DNA of 52,403 nucleotides, the filler included, from Candidatus Zhuqueibacterota bacterium (lineage in GTDB: Bacteria; BS750m-G25): the NCBI GenBank assembly GCA_016783505.1. It is 4 parts of 4 records of this genome, joined end to end, with 100 filler letters (N's around TTAATTAATTAA, not from the genome) between each part and the next. Parts side by side here need not be neighbours in the genome. Positions count along the whole stretch, not along the records: positions 39,470 to 52,403 come from JADHWK010000063.1; 3 more parts are not named here. One strand, 5' to 3'. The first letter of the stretch is position 1, and each line of letters begins with the position of its first letter. The notes under the pieces were generated by a model. That model did no database searches. It was not told the DNA's origin and was given only the letters and a program-made list of their open reading frames with translations. The translations under genes were made by a program, and so were the position numbers. This document shows, piece after piece, positions 46,931 through 52,403 of this stretch.

Positions 46931-48448
46931 ATGAAAGCACTAAAGAAAAGAAGGGTTTGGTCAGTTGTTATTTTAGGGTTGCTTTTTTCTTGTGCACCTA
47001 AAGAACCCCAACGGATCACGGTTCTGTACACAAACGATATGCATGCCCAATTCCTTCCTTCTAAAGCCACCTGGATGGAGGGTGAGCCCAAGCCCCTGAT
47101 CGGGGGGATGACGGCGCTAAAATATTATCTAGATCGAGAACGCGCCGCTGTCCCTGATGCGCTGATCCTGGACGCCGGAGACTGGATGACGGGAAACCCG
47201 ATTTCCGACATTATGGTGGAAGGGGCCAAAGGGGGTGGTTTCATTCAGATGATGAATATGATCGGTTACCATGCATCCGTGCTGGGCAACCACGAGTTCG
47301 ACAACGGGGCGGAGAATGTTGAACAACTGATTAAGTTGGCAAATTTTGACGTCATCACCGCTAATTTGTTTCGGTTAGATAGTTTGTTCGCCCCATATCC
47401 ATATCGGATTTATTCGCGGGGACAACTCAGGGTGGGGGTTATCGGTTTGATCCTCGAGGAACTATTCGGCGTGGTGGGTAAGGACCGGGTCTCCGGTCTT
47501 GAGGTGAGAAGTGTGGCCCGAACGGCACAGATTATCATTGATGAAATTGACCCGAAGACTGACCTTATCGTAATCGTTACACACCAGGGATGGGAAGAAG
47601 ACAGCCTATTGGCCACCGTTATTCATGGGGCCGATGTGATCGTGGGCGGGCACTCACACACCCGATTGGAAGAACCGAAGGTGGTCAATAAGGTCATCAT
47701 CGTCCAGGCGGGGTCCCATGCCCGCTACCTGGGGCGGCTGGACCTGACCGTGCAGGAAGATACGGTCTCAAACTACGCTGGCCGGTTAATCCCCCTCTGG
47801 GTGGAGGGCGTAAAGGTTGACCCGGGGATGGACAGTTTGGTGACCGCCTATCAAACCTTGATAGACGAGGAATACGGGGCGGTGATCGGGGAACTGGTAG
47901 CGCCCTTAGGGAGGAGTTATTACTACGGGGAAAGCGATCTCGGGAATTGGCTCACCGATGCCATGCGGGAAATGGGGCAGGCCGATTTCGCCCTGCTGAA
48001 CAGCGGGGGGATTCGAAAGGACCTTGCCCCTGGTCCCATCACCAAATTAGACATTATGGAGCTTCTACCTTTCCACAATGTTATGGTAAGATTTAGTTGC
48101 ACCGGGAAGGAACTGTTACAATTCATGGAGACCAATGCAGCCGCCGCTGCTTTCAAGCAGCACGGAATCCTTCAGCTTTCTGGGATGAACTATACCTTCG
48201 GGGTAGCCTCCCTGGATAGAGTTGAAATTGTCAGAGCCAGGGTGGGGGGGAAGGCCGTTGACCCGACCGGAATCTACACCGGGGTCACCGTGGACTTCGT
48301 GCTAGGCCATGCGGAGAAATATCTGGGGTTTGTGCCCCAGGAACAGGAAGGCCTAGGAATTGTGCTTTCGGATGTCATCATCAACTATATTTTAGAACAC
48401 TCCCAGATAGGTCCACCCTCAGAGGGTCGTATGAAAGGATTGCCATAA
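46931..48448 (+). CDS. 5'-nucleotidase / UDP-sugar hydrolase family lipoprotein
   Basis: Lipobox LFSC; TNDMH, LDAGD, GNHEFD, GGHSH, NSGGIR; AGGAG RBS before ATG 46931. Confidence 0.9.
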   Translation: MKALKKRRVWSVVILGLLFSCAPKEPQRITVLYTNDMHAQFLPSKATWMEGEPKPLIGGMTALKYYLDRERAAVPDALILDAGDWMTGNPISDIMVEGAKGGGFIQMMNMIGYHASVLGNHEFDNGAENVEQLIKLANFDVITANLFRLDSLFAPYPYRIYSRGQLRVGVIGLILEELFGVVGKDRVSGLEVRSVARTAQIIIDEIDPKTDLIVIVTHQGWEEDSLLATVIHGADVIVGGHSHTRLEEPKVVNKVIIVQAGSHARYLGRLDLTVQEDTVSNYAGRLIPLWVEGVKVDPGMDSLVTAYQTLIDEEYGAVIGELVAPLGRSYYYGESDLGNWLTDAMREMGQADFALLNSGGIRKDLAPGPITKLDIMELLPFHNVMVRFSCTGKELLQFMETNAAAAAFKQHGILQLSGMNYTFGVASLDRVEIVRARVGGKAVDPTGIYTGVTVDFVLGHAEKYLGFVPQEQEGLGIVLSDVIINYILEHSQIGPPSEGRMKGLP

Positions 48449-49009
48449 CCTCAGTTCCTAGGTTTCTTACGGGTGAACGAAAACAAGTAACAAATTATTT
48501 ATAAATATCCATACTTGACAAGTAGCAGTAGATAGGTTACACCAAAAGTAGCAGGTGATGAGTTACACTTAATTATGGTAATATTAATGAGTTTTTGCTC
48601 AGTCTCTCGCGGGAACGGACCTCTGACGCGGCAGCTCAGTTCAAGATCGTTAGCCAGCATGGGCACCTTACCCAATTCGCCGGATTCGAAGCCGGAAAGG
48701 TATACTCCACCCCGCCCTCGTCCTGCGGGAGAATGCAGGTTATTTGGGGACCATGCGGGGTGGACGGACTGGCGAATCTGCGCGTGGACTGTCGGGGATG
48801 CGGTGGGCATGGCCGGAGGAAAAGCGGAGCCGGACAACGGTCGTTCGGCCCCAGTTTGGTCAGCAGAGTTGCTCAGTACCAGGAGACGGTATATGCTAAG
48901 CGTCATACTTGGTTGCATAGTTGTCGCAGTCGTCAATGTCAGTCTTTCTCTTTGGATTGTTTGATAATGTTGACTTCGTTGTTTATTCCTTGATCATGAA
49001 GTAGCCAGG

Positions 49010-50068
49010 ATGGAACTCAACAAATCACTGACAGAAAGGATGGCGGAGTACAGCATCTGGATTTTCGCCTTCGGATACTTCGCCAGTTACATACAATACA
49101 GCTTCATGGTCAAAGTTCTAAGCAAGGGGCTGCTCCCTAGCCTCAAAGGTCAGAGCTTGGCCGGGTTTTCGATTCTTCCAGTGTCAGTCACCGCCTCAGC
49201 GGTAGGGATGCTGGTTTTCCTGACCGCCATCCGTTGGTGGAAGTACGCCTCCCACAAGCGGATCATGGGATTCAATCTTCCTCATCCCACCCGCTGGACG
49301 TTCCTCTCGGGTCTGTGCACCGCGCTCATCATCGGGACCACTACGCTGGCCTATACCTTCGAGGGGGTGAGCATCATCTTTGCTATGTTGCTAATGCGGG
49401 GTGGCATACTCATCATCGCTCCTATCGTTGACGCGCTGTCGAAACGGCACGTGCGCTGGTTCGCTTGGATGGGCTTAGTCTGCTCCATGTGCGCTCTACT
49501 CGTTAGCCTGCTCGACACCGACGGCTACAACATCCCGCTTCTCTGCATCGCCGACATCATCATCTACCTGGCTAGCTACTTTGTTCGACTGAACTTTATG
49601 AGCCGCTTCGCCAAGTCGGAGGTGTCCGTCGCCAACCGGCGCTACTTTGTCGAGGAACAGATGGTGGCCGCCCCCTCGCTGGTCATTATGCTGGCGGCTG
49701 CGGCCCTCATCGGAAGGGGCGGGGTCCTACAGACCATTCGGACAGGCTTCACGGCCTATTGGGATACGCCATACATCCTGGAAATCCTGCTGGCCGGCGT
49801 GTTCTCACAAGGGACCGGCATCTTCGGCAGCCTGATCTTCCTCGACCGGCGCGAGAACACCTTCTGTGTCCCCATCAACCGATCCTCTAGCATCCTGGCC
49901 GGGGTGATTGCCTCGTACCTGCTGCTGTTCTTTCCCAACCAGAAACCGCCCCTGGAAAGTCAGCTCATGGGGGCAGGTTTCATCATTATCGCCATTATCT
50001 TCCTGGTCATCCCCCCAATATTGGCCAAGCGAAAGGCTCGCTTGCAGCAGTCGGGTCAGAGCGCGTAG
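49010..50068 (+). CDS. Multi-pass membrane protein (~10 TM, possibly DMT-like transporter)
   Basis: 352 aa with alternating hydrophobic helices. Confidence 0.75.
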   Translation: MELNKSLTERMAEYSIWIFAFGYFASYIQYSFMVKVLSKGLLPSLKGQSLAGFSILPVSVTASAVGMLVFLTAIRWWKYASHKRIMGFNLPHPTRWTFLSGLCTALIIGTTTLAYTFEGVSIIFAMLLMRGGILIIAPIVDALSKRHVRWFAWMGLVCSMCALLVSLLDTDGYNIPLLCIADIIIYLASYFVRLNFMSRFAKSEVSVANRRYFVEEQMVAAPSLVIMLAAAALIGRGGVLQTIRTGFTAYWDTPYILEILLAGVFSQGTGIFGSLIFLDRRENTFCVPINRSSSILAGVIASYLLLFFPNQKPPLESQLMGAGFIIIAIIFLVIPPILAKRKARLQQSGQSA

Positions 50069-50489
50069 GGGCATCGAACCTCGGGCTATGGGTTTTCGAT
50101 TCCATTGGACCGCAACGAACATGCATGACCTTCAGCTATTACTAATACGGCAATATGCTTATTGAAAATGTGCTATCAAGAGAATACCTCCCCGTTGCAG
50201 CCAGAAAAACCATTATTCTTGGCAGCCACAACCAGCCTACTACCGGTCAGCCCCATAGAGGGACACGCCAACTTACATGGGAATTACTGGCTCTTATGAT
50301 ATTTCCGTTGGTGGTCTGAGGGCGTGATCTGGAGTGCAGGTGCTACTCCTATTCGATTCCGGTTGTAAAAGTCTGGATTCGAGAGGAGGAAACGGCGTGC
50401 ATAGTGCAAGTGTATGCGTTCGATTACTGGTTGTCGAGAGGATAGTCATCGAACATGTCTATTTCGACGAGGATGAAGGGGTGATCGTG

Positions 50490-50741
50490 GTGAAACTACT
50501 TCCCAACGTGCGGGAGATGAGACGACCACGGAAAGGGATCGAAATAACCTGGGATGACAAAATCCCTGGGATGAAAAACAACAACTTTGTCGTTGAGTAT
50601 GGCACCCACGCTAAGGCCAAGGAATTCTTTAAGGGCGGCAAACCCCACGACCATAAAGGGGTTGTTGGTATTTCAGAAACCCTGGTCAAAGAGGGAAATC
50701 TGCTTAAGGACAGGAAGGTCAGAATTGAGAAGATTATTTAG
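50490..50741 (+). CDS. Small basic hypothetical protein (start uncertain)
   Basis: GTG after GAAGGGG RBS-like run, inside the 50334..50741 frame. Confidence 0.45.
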   Translation: MKLLPNVREMRRPRKGIEITWDDKIPGMKNNNFVVEYGTHAKAKEFFKGGKPHDHKGVVGISETLVKEGNLLKDRKVRIEKII

Positions 50742-50878
50742 GTAACAGTTCAGACACTAAGGCACCAAGACACAAAGATAGATAAGAGAGGTGAAATGGA
50801 GTACTGGATAATTGGATAGTTGGATAATTGGGGTATTGGGGCGTCGTATCCATTAATCCATTTATTCATAGTAAGGTC

Positions 50879-51595
50879 ATGGACAAAGACACCTTTGATG
50901 TCATTATTTTGATCGGTCGGCCGGCGGCGGGGAAGTCGGAGATCATTGACTATCTGAAAGATGTGGATGTGGAAACCCGCCGAAGACGATTCCATATCGG
51001 AAATTTCGAGGAGATTGATGACTTCCCCTATGTCTGGGAGACTTTCGAGATTGACGACATCTTCACCAAGCACGGAAGAGAAAGACTGTTCAGCGACGAG
51101 GATTATTATTTTAAAGATCCGTTCGTGTGGAACCTGCTCATCGAGCGGATCAATCTGAGTTTCGCCAAAAAGCTAGCCGCCGACCCCGTATACCTGGATA
51201 AGGTCACCGCCATAGTGGAGTTCTCCCGGGGAGGTGAGAACGGGTTCGGGGAGGCGTTTTCTTACCTTTCAGATGAGATCGTTAGCCGGGCCGGGATCAT
51301 GTATATCAATGTTTCCTACGAGGAATCCTGCCGCAAGAACAGGAAAAGGGCCCGAAAGGGGGAGGAGGACTCTATCCTCTACCATTCCCTGCCCGACGAG
51401 AAAATGGAGTTTTATTACAAGGTTAACGACTGGGAGAAGTTAACCGCAGCCGACCTCCAGTTCATTACCATCCGCAACTTGCGAGTGCCCTACACCGTGT
51501 TTGATAACGAGCCCGATGTGACCGATAAACCCGACATTTTAGGACAGCGGCTGGAGGAAACACTGGGGAGGTTGTGGCGTATTCTTCGGGGCTAA
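50879..51595 (+). CDS. P-loop NTPase / kinase-like protein
   Basis: IILIGRPAAGKSE Walker A, VEFSRG; ATG 50879 with TAAGG RBS. Confidence 0.78.
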   Translation: MDKDTFDVIILIGRPAAGKSEIIDYLKDVDVETRRRRFHIGNFEEIDDFPYVWETFEIDDIFTKHGRERLFSDEDYYFKDPFVWNLLIERINLSFAKKLAADPVYLDKVTAIVEFSRGGENGFGEAFSYLSDEIVSRAGIMYINVSYEESCRKNRKRARKGEEDSILYHSLPDEKMEFYYKVNDWEKLTAADLQFITIRNLRVPYTVFDNEPDVTDKPDILGQRLEETLGRLWRILRG

Positions 51596-51621
51596 AAGGC
51601 TAAACCCCCACAATTATAATA

Positions 51622-51655
51622 AAAAAGTACCTTACTTCAAGGTGCTTTTATTTTT
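51622..51655 (+). terminator. Intrinsic terminator
   Basis: AAAAGTACCTT / AAGGTGCTTTT stem then T-rich tail. Confidence 0.6.
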
Positions 51656-52036
51656 GCAGGGAGTTTTGAGAAATCTACCCAAATTTATGATCGTTGTTAA
51701 TCGTCTTTGAATCCTTGGCCTGATGCATGAACGCTTGCAGCCGGGTCTGTTTCTTAGGCCCGATTCCGAACCACCGTGTTTACGCTTACCGAACCGATAT
51801 CCAAGTCAATATAATATCTTTCTTTGGTCAGGTATATACACCTGCTGTCCCGAAGCTTCGGGACGCAAAGAGTGTTTTAATGTAACAAGCAATCTCAAAA
51901 ACACCTGATGTTTCACTTCGCTCAACAACCGGGGTTTCTGAATTGATGTTATTTATACGAAAAAAAATCGAAACAATCAAGTCTTTTTTCAACAAGGTAT
52001 ATTTTAGACGAGAGATGAAAATTATCCTTTTAAAGC

Positions 52037-52065
52037 TTGACAAAAACGGTAAAAATAATTATATT
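52037..52065 (+). promoter_or_regulatory. Sigma70-type promoter
   Basis: TTGACA-N17-TATATT, 21 nt before ATG 52086. Confidence 0.65.
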
Positions 52066-52085
52066 GAACATCATAAAGTTTCAGA

Positions 52086-52403
52086 ATGACCGGGAAAAAT
52101 TTGGTGAAAGATTTAAAAGTTTTCTTTCTGTCACAATTGGTAATATTCGTATTGGGCAGTCAGCTTTGGGCCGTAGACGATAACACCCATTATACTACTG
52201 CCGGAAATATTGGTTTGACCATTACCAACTACGGCACCTTCGGGGACGGTTTTGTTATTCAGAACCCGGTGGATCAGCCTTCCTGCGAATATCCAATCGG
52301 GTCCGGGGTCGAACACCTCTTTGACGGCGGTCTATGGATAGGGGGGAAGAGGGGTGGAACAACCCTGGTGACCACCGGGGCGGTGGATGTCCCCTCGCTG
52401 GCG
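52086..52403 (+). CDS. Secreted protein, 3' truncated by window end
   Basis: Open frame to the end; signal peptide then GNIGLTITNYG.FG...PSCEYP.GSG.EHLF.GGLWIG. Confidence 0.75.
   Translation, partial: MTGKNLVKDLKVFFLSQLVIFVLGSQLWAVDDNTHYTTAGNIGLTITNYGTFGDGFVIQNPVDQPSCEYPIGSGVEHLFDGGLWIGGKRGGTTLVTTGAVDVPSLA

Noticed and set aside
48499-48993. Three overlapping ORFs of 129-145 aa
   Set aside because: No recognisable motifs or convincing RBS; mutually overlapping.

Overview
The window is not one locus. It is four ~13 kb contigs (1-13217, 13318-26321, 26422-39369, 39470-52403) joined by artificial N-linkers containing TTAATTAATTAA, probably from a metagenome bin of an FCB-type bacterium (T9SS-type C-terminal domain). 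Two regions stand out. (1) Contig 1 carries an integrase-less integron cassette array: four AT-rich, mostly defence-like cassettes, four attC sites and an attI-like start. It is bounded by a diverged 45-bp duplication of the 3' end of a tRNA-thiolase-like gene, and the duplication starts exactly at the G/TT crossover of the last attC. This suggests the whole platform was integrated into that gene and restored it. (2) Contig 2 carries an unusual co-oriented cluster: radical SAM/SPASM, PqqD/RRE, an unannotated 46-aa precursor (YEKPIL leader, C-terminal CRQCSGCHGCR), a short amino-methyltransferase, a 1071-aa TPR-like/MBL-hydrolase/Zn-finger protein, a prenyltransferase-fold protein, an AsnB amidotransferase, a glycosyltransferase and a P-loop kinase. 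It ends in a remnant of a Mod-type methylase. The rest is mostly housekeeping (gcvT, split thiE, ftsK-lolA, capsule phosphatase/Wzc, diguanylate cyclase). There is also a reductive pyrimidine-degradation cluster interrupted by a Y1 transposase with REP-like hairpins and by a histidine-ammonia-lyase-family gene with an Ala-Cys-Gly MIO tripeptide. All assignments come from reading motifs by eye; no database searches were run.
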